A stretch of DNA of 64,000 nucleotides, taken from contig CBDCQT010000005.1 of NCBI GenBank assembly GCA_965220745.1, forward strand, positions 384,001 to 448,000, read 5' to 3'. A program made the position numbers and the translations under genes. The notes under the pieces are model-generated. The model made no database searches. It saw nothing but the letters and a program-made list of their open reading frames with translations, and had not been told where the DNA came from. Positions 44,754 to 54,772 of this stretch are shown one piece after another (the stretch's first letter is position 1; each line of letters begins with the position of its first letter). The DNA comes from Alphaproteobacteria bacterium (GTDB lineage: Bacteria > Pseudomonadota > Alphaproteobacteria > UBA828).

Positions 44754-45986
44754 TCACGCGGCGCGCGTGCGCCACGAGAGGCTCGCGGCCAGCGCGGCCG
44801 CGACGGCGAGCGCGGCCGTGGCCAGCAGCGACGGCACCACGTAGCTGCCGAGCGAATCGAAGAGCACGCCCGCGAGCGTCGGGCCTACCATCTGGCCCAG
44901 CCCCCAGGCCGCGGTCATCAGAGCCAGGTTGCGGCGCGGGTCGCCGCCCGAGCGGTGACGGGCCTCGATCAACCCGATCGCGGTCAGACCGACGAAGGTT
45001 CCGCCGAGCAGCCCGGACGCCAGCAGAATCAGCCAGATGCCGCCGCCCAGCACGCTGAGCGCGACGCCCACCGCCTCGACCAGGCAGCCGATCGCGAAGG
45101 CGCGCTCGTTGCCCCAGCGCCGGCCGGCCCAGCCCCAGAGCGCAACCGAGGGCGCCGCCGTTAGCCCGACGCAGAGCCAGACCCATTGCTCCACCGGCTG
45201 CAGCACGGGATCGGCGCGCACCATGTCAGCGACGAAGGTTGCGGTGATGACGTAGCCGAAGCCGACCAGGCCGTAGGCGACGATCAGCCGGAGCAGGCCG
45301 CCGTCGCCTGTGTCGGTTCGGACACTCCGCGCTGCCTGCGCCGGCGCGCGCGGCCTTGGCAGCAACAGCGCGACCGGTATCGAGAGCGCGAGGCAGAGCG
45401 CGCCGCAGAAGAACCACGGGCTTTGCCAGTCGCTGTCCCCCGACGCCGCGGCCGGCACCGCCAGGGACGAGATCGCGATGCCGCTGCCGACGCCTGCGTA
45501 CATCACCGCCGCCCATCCGTCGCGGCCGGCAGCGGCGAGCCGGTCCATCACCAGGGACGACGCAAGCACCATTACCAGAGCGCCGGCGGCGCCGCCCACG
45601 AAGCGCAGGAACAGGAACGCGCCCAGGCTCGTCGTGAACGTCATGGCGCCGGTGCTGAGCCCGCTCACCGCGAGCGCGCCCAGCAGCCAGAAGCGTGCAT
45701 CGCCCGGCACGGCCCGCCATGCCGCCGCGAGCGCGCCGACGAGATAGCCAAGGTAGTTGGCCGAGGCGATCAGGCCCGCCTCCGACTTGGCGAGGTCCAG
45801 GCCGGCGCTCATGTAGGGCAGGATCGGCGTATAGGCGAAGCGTCCGATGCCGATGCCGACCGCCAGCGACAGCAGACCCGCCAGCGCCAGCAGCGCCGGA
45901 TGGCGGGCACGGTCCGGCTCTGTCACGGGACCCGCTTTCGGAGAGGCCGGCCGCGCGTTCGCACCGGCGGATCGGGCGCGCTCCAT
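44754..45986 (-). CDS. YbfB/YjiJ-family MFS transporter (start possibly GTG 45926)
   Basis: GIGRFAYTPILP.M, ASANYLGYLVG, YAGVG.GI, GFGYVITATF. Confidence 0.88.
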   Translation of the reverse strand: MERARSAGANARPASPKAGPVTEPDRARHPALLALAGLLSLAVGIGIGRFAYTPILPYMSAGLDLAKSEAGLIASANYLGYLVGALAAAWRAVPGDARFWLLGALAVSGLSTGAMTFTTSLGAFLFLRFVGGAAGALVMVLASSLVMDRLAAAGRDGWAAVMYAGVGSGIAISSLAVPAAASGDSDWQSPWFFCGALCLALSIPVALLLPRPRAPAQAARSVRTDTGDGGLLRLIVAYGLVGFGYVITATFVADMVRADPVLQPVEQWVWLCVGLTAAPSVALWGWAGRRWGNERAFAIGCLVEAVGVALSVLGGGIWLILLASGLLGGTFVGLTAIGLIEARHRSGGDPRRNLALMTAAWGLGQMVGPTLAGVLFDSLGSYVVPSLLATAALAVAAALAASLSWRTRAA

Positions 45987-46066
45987 CGCAAAGATGCATC
46001 CGGGGTGCTAAGACACATACGAGACCGCCTGCGTGCGTGGTTCCACGCGCCCGTGACTAAGGAGCA

Positions 46067-46468
46067 ATGCCGATGTCTGCAAGACGCGTCGTCGAAGGCT
46101 TCCTCGGCCAGCTCGCGGGCGGGGATGCCGCTGCCATCGTGGCCATGTTCACCGACGACGCCGTGATCGACATGCCGGGCGGCGACGACCTGCCTTGGGC
46201 GGGGCGCTGGCAAGGGCGCGCGGCGATCGAGGACTACTTCCAGGTCATGCCGGCGGCGCTCGCCATGCACGAGCACGTCATCAAGACCTGGGTCGTCGAC
46301 GGCGACATGGTCTCGGTCAACGGCGAGGAGGCCGGCTCGTCCAGGGTGAGCGGCAAGCATTACCGCGCGAAGTGGTGCTGGGTCTTCACCGTGCGGAACG
46401 GCAGGATCGCCGTCTGGGACGCCTACGAGGATACGCAGGCGCTCTCCGCCTGCGGCCCCTGGCGCTAG
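46067..46468 (+). CDS. NTF2/SnoaL-like fold protein
   Basis: FTDDA....PG...LPWAG...G, FTVRNGRI...YEDT; AAGGAG SD. Confidence 0.85.
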   Translation: MPMSARRVVEGFLGQLAGGDAAAIVAMFTDDAVIDMPGGDDLPWAGRWQGRAAIEDYFQVMPAALAMHEHVIKTWVVDGDMVSVNGEEAGSSRVSGKHYRAKWCWVFTVRNGRIAVWDAYEDTQALSACGPWR

Positions 46469-46481
46469 CTCGCCGAGCCGC

Positions 46482-47741
46482 ATGGCCGGCGTGGACGAAA
46501 CCGAGGCGAACGGCGCAGCAGGGGACGGCGCGGCGCCCGCCCACGTGACCCGAACTCGCTGGGGCGTCGTCGCGATCGCAATCTTTGTAAGCGTCGTCGT
46601 CGGCTATGCCGTCGGCAAGGTGCCGCCGACCATCGGGCTGGTCTCCGACGAGTTTGGGCTGGACCGGGTTACTGCCGGTTGGCTCGCCTCCATCTTCTTC
46701 GCCTACGGTGCGGGCTTCGGCGTGCTGACGGGGATGACGGGGTCGCGCGTCGGCGCTCGCGCGCTCCTGCTCACGGGCATTCTCGTTCTCGTCCTGAGCG
46801 GTATCGCCGGCGCTCTCGCGACCAGTGCTGCCATGCTGCTCGCGGTCCGCGTCTTCGAGGGGATCAGCTTCGCCGCCATCGTGGCCTCGGCCCCCAAGAT
46901 CACTGTCGACGCCTCGCGGCTCGAGGACCGGAACCTCACACTCGGTATCTGGAGCGGCTACATGCCGGGCGGGATGGCGCTTGCCATGATCGTTGCGCCC
47001 TTCCTCGCCGAACCGCTGGGCTGGCGAAGCCTTTGGTGGCTCATGGCCGGAGCGGCGCTGATTGCGACGGTGCTCGCGGTGGTGGGCACCGCGCGCCGGC
47101 GCTGGCCCGAGCAGCCGCGCCGAGACGCAGACGCGGGCTTCGACTGGGCCGGCGTGCGGGCGACGCTGCCGGTCGGAGCACTCTGGCTCTACGGCGGCGC
47201 CTTCCTGCTCTTCACGATCCAATGGTTCGCGATCGCCGCGTGGCTCCCGACCTTCCTGACCGAGACGCAGGGACGCGGGCCCATCGGCGCCGCGCTCTTC
47301 TCGGCGCTGGTGGTGGGGATGAACGTCACCGGCAACATGATCGGCGGCTGGCTGATGCACCAGGGGGTGCCGCGCTTCGTCTTGGTGGGGTCGGCGAACG
47401 TCATCATGGCCGTCACCGGCGTGTTGATCCTCGCGGGCTTTGTGCCGGACGACGCCAAGATCCCGCTCGCAATCGTCTTCAGCGGCGGCAGCGGCATCCT
47501 GCCTGCGGCCGCGTATGCCGGCGCGGCGAGGCATGCGCCGAAACCGGATCTCGTAACGATGGCCAACGGCTTCATGGCCCAGGGGGCGGCGATCGGCATG
47601 CTGCTCGGGCCGCCGCTGATGGCGGTCGTGGTCGGCGGCCTCGGCAGCTGGGAGGCTGCCTGGTGGTGCATGCTGGTCTGCCCGGCGATCGGCCTCGTTA
47701 TCACGGCCAGCCTCTTCAGGATCGAACGACGCGAACCGTGA
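46482..47741 (+). CDS. MFS transporter (CynX/NimT-like)
   Basis: About 12 hydrophobic segments, GKVPP, RVFEG, LGIWSGYMP.G, WLPTFL. Confidence 0.85.
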   Translation: MAGVDETEANGAAGDGAAPAHVTRTRWGVVAIAIFVSVVVGYAVGKVPPTIGLVSDEFGLDRVTAGWLASIFFAYGAGFGVLTGMTGSRVGARALLLTGILVLVLSGIAGALATSAAMLLAVRVFEGISFAAIVASAPKITVDASRLEDRNLTLGIWSGYMPGGMALAMIVAPFLAEPLGWRSLWWLMAGAALIATVLAVVGTARRRWPEQPRRDADAGFDWAGVRATLPVGALWLYGGAFLLFTIQWFAIAAWLPTFLTETQGRGPIGAALFSALVVGMNVTGNMIGGWLMHQGVPRFVLVGSANVIMAVTGVLILAGFVPDDAKIPLAIVFSGGSGILPAAAYAGAARHAPKPDLVTMANGFMAQGAAIGMLLGPPLMAVVVGGLGSWEAAWWCMLVCPAIGLVITASLFRIERREP

Positions 47742-47760
47742 TTCCGGAGCGAAGCCTGGG

Positions 47761-48699
47761 CTAGGAGCGCGCGGGTCCGACCGAGCGGCCGGTGAAAATC
47801 TCGCCGCGCTGGATAACGAGGCTGGCCGCCAGCACGATGACGACACCGGGGATGGTGAGCATGCTCGGCAGGCCCTTGCCCAGCGCCCAGTCGATGGCGA
47901 TGACGAGGGCCGGCAGAATGTAGCTGTATGACTGGACGCGGGTCGGGCCGATCCTGATGGTGCCCCACTGCATCAAGAACGAGGCGATCACCGTCGAGCA
48001 GATCGCGACGAAAACGACCCCGCCGTAGGCGAACAGCGGCACATCCATCCACGCCGTGGTCCATAGCGCTTCGTTCGCGATGAGCAGGAACCACAGCGCG
48101 TTGATGGTCGCGATCCAGAAGGTCATGACCAACACCGGCTCGCCCCGGTGGAAAAGCTTGACCAGCGGGCTGTAGAAGCCCATCGCGACGCAGCCCGCGA
48201 AGTAGATCAGGTCGCCTTCGTTGAGGTCGAGTGCGACGAAGCGGTCCCAATCGCCGCGGAAGACCACCCATAGCGCGCCGATCAGGCCAATGCCGAGCGC
48301 CGCGAGACGATGCCAGCCCAGGCGCTCGCCGACGAGGATCGCGCCCGCGATCGCCGTGAGGCCGGGGATCAGGGTCGAGATCGCGCCGGTGTTGAGCGCG
48401 CTGGTGGTCCGCAGGCCGTAGAACATGCACCAGAAGAATGCGACCAGCGAGGTGCTGATCGCCGCGTAGCCCGCAAGCGTGCGCCAGCCCGGCCAGACGA
48501 TGCCGTGGCGCCAGGCGACCAGCGGCGCGAAGATCGCCATCGCCAGACCGAAGCGGATGAACAGCAGCGCACCGGTGTTCAACTCGTTGGCGATGGCCTC
48601 GCCCACCGGATAGCTGAACGATATGAGGAACATGGCGACGAACACCCCGGCGTGAACGCCGGGCGTGGAGACGCCGCGCGGGGCCTGGGACTCGGTCAT
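47761..48699 (-). CDS. DMT/EamA family transporter
   Basis: About 10 TM segments, two EamA repeats (GLRTTSALN, LVGERL, IGPTRV); real start ATG 48699 inside the 1007-aa track ORF. Confidence 0.88.
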   Translation of the reverse strand: MTESQAPRGVSTPGVHAGVFVAMFLISFSYPVGEAIANELNTGALLFIRFGLAMAIFAPLVAWRHGIVWPGWRTLAGYAAISTSLVAFFWCMFYGLRTTSALNTGAISTLIPGLTAIAGAILVGERLGWHRLAALGIGLIGALWVVFRGDWDRFVALDLNEGDLIYFAGCVAMGFYSPLVKLFHRGEPVLVMTFWIATINALWFLLIANEALWTTAWMDVPLFAYGGVVFVAICSTVIASFLMQWGTIRIGPTRVQSYSYILPALVIAIDWALGKGLPSMLTIPGVVIVLAASLVIQRGEIFTGRSVGPARS

Positions 48700-48758
48700 G
48701 GCGCGCCACCGTGGCGCAGGGTCGCGCGCAGGTCCAGCGCGGGACACGCGTTCCGGAC

Positions 48759-48894
48759 CTTGTAATCCGGTTGGCGCATCACCACGTGATTGGTGCCCAA
48801 GGGGGTGCCGCATGACGGGCCCCACCAGGGCATGGAACCGGTTCGGCCATAACGGCGGACCACTGACTGACTTGCTTAAGAAAGGAGTCACACC
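48759..48894 (+). promoter_or_regulatory. Heat-shock leader of ibpA: possible RpoH promoter (CTTG..CCAC) and ROSE-like RNA thermometer
   Basis: TGACT-GA-CTTGCT-TAAG-AAAGGAGTCA hairpin (48864-48890) carries the U(U/C)GCU motif opposite the SD; further GC hairpins upstream. Confidence 0.6.
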
Positions 48895-49347
48895 ATGCGT
48901 GCATTCGATCTTTCCCCGCTCTTCAGCACCACGGTCGGTTTCGACCGGATGGCCCGGCTGCTCGAGCAGGTGCCGAGCGAGACGGCGCCTACCTATCCGC
49001 CCTACAACATCCAGAAGATGGACGAGAACGCTTACCGCGTGACGCTGGCCGTCGCCGGCTTCGGCGATGACGAGATCAGCATCGAGGTGAAGGAGAACCT
49101 GCTCACCGTCGCGGGCAAGCTTGCCAAGGAGAATGGCGCGAACGAGAGCTATCTCCACCGAGGCATCGCCGCCCGCGCGTTCGAGCGGCGCTTCAACCTC
49201 GCCGATCACATCCAGGTGACGGGTGCGGCGCTCGACAAGGGCCTGCTTCACATCGAGCTGGTGCGCGAGCTCCCCGAAGCGCTCAAGGCGCGCAAGATCG
49301 CCATCGAGACCGGCGGCCAGAAGCGGCTCGACCGCAAGGTCTCCTGA
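48895..49347 (+). CDS. ibpA: Small heat-shock protein (IbpA/Hsp20)
   Basis: FDLSPLF...VGFDR, YPPYNI, YRVTLAVAGF, YLHRGIAARAFERRF.LADH, GLLHIEL.RE.PE. Confidence 0.95.
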   Translation: MRAFDLSPLFSTTVGFDRMARLLEQVPSETAPTYPPYNIQKMDENAYRVTLAVAGFGDDEISIEVKENLLTVAGKLAKENGANESYLHRGIAARAFERRFNLADHIQVTGAALDKGLLHIELVRELPEALKARKIAIETGGQKRLDRKVS

Positions 49348-49392
49348 TCGGTCCAGACCGCCGGATCGCCTTGCGATCCAGGTGAAGTGAGC

Positions 49393-49426
49393 GGGGCGCG
49401 GGCCAAAAGGCTCGCGCCCCTTTGCT
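49393..49426 (+). terminator. Intrinsic terminator after ibpA
   Basis: GGGGCGCGGGCC-AAAA-GGCTCGCGCCCC followed by TTTGCT. Confidence 0.7.
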
Positions 49427-49587
49427 ATTGGCGCCGCCCTCTTCGAGCGCGTTGGCGGCGCATTCGTACCACTACGTAGGGCAGGAAAAATCTTTGCGTG
49501 GAAATGGTCGCAGGCGTTTCTCCGTGCTAACGTGCGCGCGGACCGAGCGGCGCGCCCTTCGGGCGCGCCTGGTTCTGACGCGGGAGG

Positions 49588-50955
49588 ATGGAAATGGCAT
49601 TGAGGAACGGATTGCGTCGCGGCATGAGCGGAGTGCTGGCTGCGGCAGTGGTTGCCGGCGGGCTTTCGGTGGCGGCCACGACTTTCACGAGCGGTGAGGC
49701 TCAGGCGCAGGACGAGCAGTTCATTCCCCTGCTCGTCTACCGGACCGGGCCTTATGCGCCCAACGGCATTCCGGCCGCGAACGGCGCGCTTGACTATTAC
49801 TCGCTGATCAATGAGCGCGACGGCGGGGTCAACGGCGTCGCGCTCGCCTTCGAGGAGTGCGAGTACCGCTACGACACGAAGCTCGGCGTCGAGTGCTACG
49901 AGCGTCTCAAGAACCAAGGGCCGACGGGAGCGTCGATCGTCATGCCGCTGTCCACCGGCGTGACCTATCAGCTCAACCCGAGGGCGCCGGTGGACCAGAT
50001 TCCGGTGCACTCGATGGGGTACGGGCAGACTGCGGCGTCCGACGGGCGCGTCTTCCCGTGGACCTTCACCTTCCCCACCACGTACTGGAGCCAGGCCTCG
50101 GCTTTCATCAAGTTCGTCGGCGCCGAGGAAGGCGGCATGGAGAACCTGGCCGGCAAGACGATCGTGCTGGTCTACCACAACAGCCCCTACGGCAAGGAGC
50201 CGATCCCGACACTGCAGGTGCTGGCGGAGAAGTTCGGCTACACGCTCGAGCTGCTTCCGGTCGACCATCCGGGGCAGGAGCAGAGAGCGACCTGGCTGCA
50301 GATTCGCAAGATCAGGCCCGACTGGACCTTCCTGTGGGGCTGGGGCGTGATGAACCAGGTGGCGCTCAAGGAAGCCGCGGCCATCGCCTATGACATGGAG
50401 CGTCTGATCGGCGTGTGGTGGTCTTCCAGCGAGTCGGACGTCGTGCCGGCCGGCGACGATGCCATCGGCTATCGGGGCGGTTCGTTCCACTCGCCGGGCG
50501 CGGGCTTCGCGCTCCACGACGAGATCCTGCAGACCCTCTATGGCGGCGACGCGGCGGCGGCTGCGGAGAAGAACTTCGGCGAGGTTCTCTACAATCGCGG
50601 GCTCCTGAGCTCGGTCTACACGACCGAGGCGATCCGCACCGCCCAGGCCAAATACGGCAACCGGCCGCTCACCGGTGAAGAGGTGCGCTGGGGTCTGGAG
50701 AACCTCGACCTGACCGAGGAGCGGCTGGCCGAGCTCGGCCTTGCCGGCTTCACTCCGCCGGTGAAGATCACCTGCGAGGACCATGAGGGCAACGGCCCTG
50801 TGATCATCCAGCAGTGGGACGGTTCGGCCTGGAACATCGTCAGCGACTGGATCGAGCCCATGCAGGATGTCGTGCGCCCGATGATCGAGGCTGCTGCGGC
50901 CCAGTACGCGGAGGAGAACAACATCACCCCGCGCGACTGCTCGCAGGAGATGTGA
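49588..50955 (+). CDS. LIV-type ABC transporter substrate-binding protein
   Basis: Signal peptide, YRTGPYA, NERDGGVNG, GVECYERLK, PLSTG.TY, WGWGVMN, CEDHEG. Confidence 0.9.
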   Translation: MEMALRNGLRRGMSGVLAAAVVAGGLSVAATTFTSGEAQAQDEQFIPLLVYRTGPYAPNGIPAANGALDYYSLINERDGGVNGVALAFEECEYRYDTKLGVECYERLKNQGPTGASIVMPLSTGVTYQLNPRAPVDQIPVHSMGYGQTAASDGRVFPWTFTFPTTYWSQASAFIKFVGAEEGGMENLAGKTIVLVYHNSPYGKEPIPTLQVLAEKFGYTLELLPVDHPGQEQRATWLQIRKIRPDWTFLWGWGVMNQVALKEAAAIAYDMERLIGVWWSSSESDVVPAGDDAIGYRGGSFHSPGAGFALHDEILQTLYGGDAAAAAEKNFGEVLYNRGLLSSVYTTEAIRTAQAKYGNRPLTGEEVRWGLENLDLTEERLAELGLAGFTPPVKITCEDHEGNGPVIIQQWDGSAWNIVSDWIEPMQDVVRPMIEAAAAQYAEENNITPRDCSQEM

Positions 50956-51791
50956 CGCTACAATCGGAGAGTGTGGCCGGGGGTGGCGGCGAGGAAACCG
51001 CTGCCACCCCTGAGGCCCTGCTGCGTCTCGACGCGGTCGAGGTCGTCTACGACCATGTGATCTCGGTCCTGCAGGGCGTCAGCATCGCCGTCCCCGAAGG
51101 GGGGATCGTCGCCCTGCTGGGGCCGAACGGCGCCGGCAAGTCCACCACGCTCAAGGCGGTCTCCAACCTGCTGCGCGTGGAGCGGGGCGATATCACCGGG
51201 GGCCAAATCCACTTTCGGGGCGAGCGCATCGACAAGCTCGCTCCGGGCGATCTCGTGCGCCGCGGCATCATCCAGGTCATGGAGGGGAGGCGCTGCTTCC
51301 CCCATCTCACGGTGCACGAGAACCTGCTGACCGGCTCCTATACCAGGAAGGACGGCAAGGCGGCGGTAAGCGCCGACCTTGAGCGGGTCTATGCGCACTT
51401 CCCCGCCCTTGCCGAGCGGCGTCGTATCCTCGCGGGCTTCATCTCGGGCGGCGAGCAGCAGATGCTCGCCATCGGCCGCGCGCTGATGTCACGGCCGACC
51501 ATGGTCCTTCTCGACGAGCCATCCATGGGCCTCGCGCCGCAGGTGGTGGCTCGGATTTTCTCGGAAGTCCGCCTCCTCAACCGGGAGGAAGGGGTCACCT
51601 TCCTGCTTGCCGAGCAGAACGCCAACGTGGCCCTCGGCGTGGCCGACTACGGCTACATCATGGACAGTGGCCAGATCGCCCTGGAAGGCACCGCTGAGGA
51701 GCTCCACGGAAATCCGGCGGTGAGAGAGCACTATCTCGGCCTCTCGCACGCCGCCGACGCTGCCTCGGATGAAGGCGGCCATGCCGGCTGA
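50952..51791 (+). CDS. LIV-type ABC ATP-binding protein (LivF-like)
   Basis: GPNGAGKST, EGRRCF.HLTV.ENL, SGGEQQM, DEPSMGLAP, AEQN. Confidence 0.92.
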   Translation: MTLQSESVAGGGGEETAATPEALLRLDAVEVVYDHVISVLQGVSIAVPEGGIVALLGPNGAGKSTTLKAVSNLLRVERGDITGGQIHFRGERIDKLAPGDLVRRGIIQVMEGRRCFPHLTVHENLLTGSYTRKDGKAAVSADLERVYAHFPALAERRRILAGFISGGEQQMLAIGRALMSRPTMVLLDEPSMGLAPQVVARIFSEVRLLNREEGVTFLLAEQNANVALGVADYGYIMDSGQIALEGTAEELHGNPAVREHYLGLSHAADAASDEGGHAG

Positions 51792-52596
51792 TCCGAAGAA
51801 CGGCCACCCAGCGCCGGGCGAGCCCATGCTCAGCGTGGAGGGCATCGCGCTCCGCTTTGGCGGCGTCCAGGCACTGGCCGGCGTCGAGTTCACGATTTAT
51901 GCCGGCGAGATTTGCGCCATCATCGGGCCCAACGGCGCCGGCAAGACCTCCATGCTCAACGTGCTGAACGGCGCTTATCAGCCGAGCGAGGGCACCATCA
52001 CCTTCAAGGGTCGCACGCGCCGCAAGATGCACCCACGCGTCGCCGCCCTGGAGGGCATGGCGCGCACTTTCCAGAACGTCGCGCTGTTCAAGGGCATGAG
52101 CACGCTCGACAACGTGATGGCCGGCCGCAACCTCAAGATGCACAGCAACTTCGTTGCCTGCCTGCTGCCTGTAGGACCGTCGCGGGCGGAGGAAGCGCGC
52201 CACCGCGCCCATGCTGATGAGGTCATCAGCTTCCTCGAGATCGAGGACATCCGCAACGTGCCGGTGGGCCGGCTGCCTTACGGCCTGCAGAAGCGGGTGG
52301 AGCTCGCCCGCGCGCTCGCGGCCGAGCCCGATCTACTCCTGCTCGACGAGCCCATGGCCGGGATGAACCGGGGTGAGAAGGCCGAGATGAGCCGCTTCAT
52401 CCTGGAGACCAAGGCGCGCTTCGGCACGACCATGGCCCTGATCGAGCACGACATGAGCGTGGTCATGGAGCTTTCCGACCACATCGTCGTGCTCGACTAC
52501 GGCCGCAAGATTGCCGACGGTACGCCCGAGGAGGTGCGCACCGACCAGACCGTGATCGACGCCTATCTGGGCGTCGCGACCGAGGACGACGCGTGA
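51781..52596 (+). CDS. LIV-type ABC ATP-binding protein (LivG-like)
   Basis: FGGVQAL, GPNGAGKTS, RTFQN, LPYGLQKRVEL, DEPMAG, IEHDM. Confidence 0.92.
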   Translation: MPADPKNGHPAPGEPMLSVEGIALRFGGVQALAGVEFTIYAGEICAIIGPNGAGKTSMLNVLNGAYQPSEGTITFKGRTRRKMHPRVAALEGMARTFQNVALFKGMSTLDNVMAGRNLKMHSNFVACLLPVGPSRAEEARHRAHADEVISFLEIEDIRNVPVGRLPYGLQKRVELARALAAEPDLLLLDEPMAGMNRGEKAEMSRFILETKARFGTTMALIEHDMSVVMELSDHIVVLDYGRKIADGTPEEVRTDQTVIDAYLGVATEDDA

Positions 52597-53531
52597 TGGA
52601 GTTTCTCTGGGACTTCTTCGTCGCGCCCTTCATCGACATGATCGAGTTCCCGATATTCCTGGCCGAGGTCGCGGTCTCCGGCCTGCTGACCGGCGTCATG
52701 TACTCGCTGGTGGCGCTCGGCTTCGTGCTCATCTTCAAGGCCTCCCAGGTGTTCAACTTCGCACAGGGCGCGATGGTGCTGTTCGCCGCGCTCACTCTGG
52801 TGGGATTGATGGAGCACGGCGTGCCGGTCTGGGGCGCGCTGCCGGTCACGGCAATCGTCATGGTCGCGCTTGCCTTCGCGATCGAGCGCGGGATGCTGCG
52901 CCCGCTGATCAATCAGCCGCCGATCACGCTCTTCATGGCGACTATCGGACTGAGCTTCCTGCTCGAGGGCGCCGGCGAATGGGTCTGGGGCTCGAACGTG
53001 AAGGCGCTCGACCTCGGCATCCCGAATTCCCCGGTCGATGTCGGTGGCATGCTGCTGAACGAGTTCGACCTCATTGCCGCCCTGGTGGCGGCAGTGCTCG
53101 TGGCGGCGCTGGCGCTGATCTTCCAGCGCACGCCCATGGGCCGCGCGCTCAGGGCGGTGGCCGACGACCCGCAGGCCGCGCTCTCCCTCGGCATCTCGCT
53201 CCGGACCATCTGGATCATCGTGTGGTCGGTGGCGGGGGTCGTCGCCATCGTCGCGGGCATCATGTGGGGGGCGAAGAGCGGAGTTCAGTTCAGCCTGTCG
53301 CTGATCGCGCTGAAGGCGCTGCCCGTGCTCATCCTGGGTGGCCTCACCTCGGTTCCCGGCGCCATTGTCGGCGGGCTTATCATCGGCCTCGGTGAGAAAG
53401 TCGCCGAGGTCTACTGGGGCCCGGTGATCGGCGGCGCGATCGAGAACTGGTTCGCCTACATGCTGGCGATGCTGGTTCTCATGTTCCGGCCCCAGGGCCT
53501 GTTCGGCGAGAAGATCATCGAGCGGGTGTGA
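52593..53531 (+). CDS. LIV-type ABC permease (LivH-like)
   Basis: YSLVALGFVLIFKAS.VFNFAQG, GRALRAVADD, RPQGLFGEKIIERV. Confidence 0.92.
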   Translation: MMEFLWDFFVAPFIDMIEFPIFLAEVAVSGLLTGVMYSLVALGFVLIFKASQVFNFAQGAMVLFAALTLVGLMEHGVPVWGALPVTAIVMVALAFAIERGMLRPLINQPPITLFMATIGLSFLLEGAGEWVWGSNVKALDLGIPNSPVDVGGMLLNEFDLIAALVAAVLVAALALIFQRTPMGRALRAVADDPQAALSLGISLRTIWIIVWSVAGVVAIVAGIMWGAKSGVQFSLSLIALKALPVLILGGLTSVPGAIVGGLIIGLGEKVAEVYWGPVIGGAIENWFAYMLAMLVLMFRPQGLFGEKIIERV

Positions 53532-54583
53532 CCGTGCTCAGCTATTTCAACGACCTCTACAGCACCTTCTTCGCGACCCGTTCGCGCACGATCAACACGG
53601 TCTTCGTGACCGTGATTTCGTTGCTCGCGCTCTTCGCCGTTCCGACGTTGGCGAACGAATACTGGCTGCAGGCGATTCTGATTCCGTTTCTGATCTTCGC
53701 GCTCGCGGCACTTGGTCTCAACCTGCTCACCGGCTTCGCCGGTCAGCTCTCCCTCGGCACCGGCGGCTTCATGGCGGTCGGTGCCTATTCAGCCTTCAAG
53801 ATGACGACCGCGTGGCCCGAGTTGGACATCATCGCCATCTTCTTCATCTCGGGCTTCTTCGCCGCCGGCGTCGGCATCCTGTTCGGGCTGCCAAGCCTGC
53901 GCATCAAGGGCTTCTATCTGGCGGTGGCGACGCTCGCTGCGCAGTTCTTCCTGATCTGGCTCTTCAACCGGGTGCCGTGGTTCTACAACGACAACCCGTC
54001 GGGCACGATCACGGCGCCGCCGCGCACCTTCGCAGGCGTCATGGTCACAGGGCCCGAGGCCGCCGCAGAGGTGCGCTACCTGGTGGCGCTCGTCTTGTTG
54101 GCGGTCTTCGTCTTCTTCTCCTGGAATCTGATGCGGAGCCGCTTCGGCCGCGCCTGGATGGCGGTGCGCGACATGGACGTGGCCGCCGAGATCGTCGGCA
54201 TCCCGCTACTGCGCACCAAGCTGCTTGCCTTCGGCGTAAGCTCCTATCTCTGCGGCGTCGCCGGCGCGCTCTTCGTCTTCCTTTATCTGGGCAGCGCCGA
54301 GACCATCGCCTTCGACGTCAACGTCTCATTCCTCGTGCTCTTCATGATCATCGTGGGCGGCCTCGGGTCGATCACGGGCTCGATTATCGGTGCCGCTTTC
54401 ATCACCATCCTGCCGATCTTCCTGACCAACCTGAATCCGATCCTCGGCATCGACCTTGCCGTGGACCTAGCCAAGCATATCGAGGTCATCATCTTCGGCG
54501 GCCTCATCATCGTGATCCTGATCCTCGAGCCGCACGGCATGGCACGCCTCATCCAGATCTCGCGAGAGCGCCTGCGAATTTAG
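53528..54583 (+). CDS. LIV-type ABC permease (LivM-like)
   Basis: GLNLLTGFAGQLSLG, LRIKGFYLAVATLA, GRAWMAVRDMD.AA, EPHGMA. Confidence 0.92.
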   Translation: MTVLSYFNDLYSTFFATRSRTINTVFVTVISLLALFAVPTLANEYWLQAILIPFLIFALAALGLNLLTGFAGQLSLGTGGFMAVGAYSAFKMTTAWPELDIIAIFFISGFFAAGVGILFGLPSLRIKGFYLAVATLAAQFFLIWLFNRVPWFYNDNPSGTITAPPRTFAGVMVTGPEAAAEVRYLVALVLLAVFVFFSWNLMRSRFGRAWMAVRDMDVAAEIVGIPLLRTKLLAFGVSSYLCGVAGALFVFLYLGSAETIAFDVNVSFLVLFMIIVGGLGSITGSIIGAAFITILPIFLTNLNPILGIDLAVDLAKHIEVIIFGGLIIVILILEPHGMARLIQISRERLRI

Positions 54584-54772
54584 CCCGCAACTTTCGACAG
54601 GGTCGTTGACTGTCTTGTGACCCGGCCTGCGGTCCGACTCCCCGGAACATGGTGCGATGCAAGCCGTGCGACGTTCGAGCCAGGATCGAGCGATGCAGCG
54701 ACTATTCTGCCGTGCGCGAACGTACTTTTGCGCGTGCGTCCCTTTGGCAGCAGGCGACTCTGGCGCGTGCGA

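Noticed and set aside
43327-45186. 619-aa version of the TPR protein
   Set aside because: The N-terminal extension overlaps the MFS gene in another frame; GTG 44658 with a GAGGA SD is the plausible start
47761-50784. 1007-aa - strand ORF suggesting a giant DMT fusion
   Set aside because: Only the last 312 codons are the DMT; the rest is antisense to ibpA and the ABC binding protein
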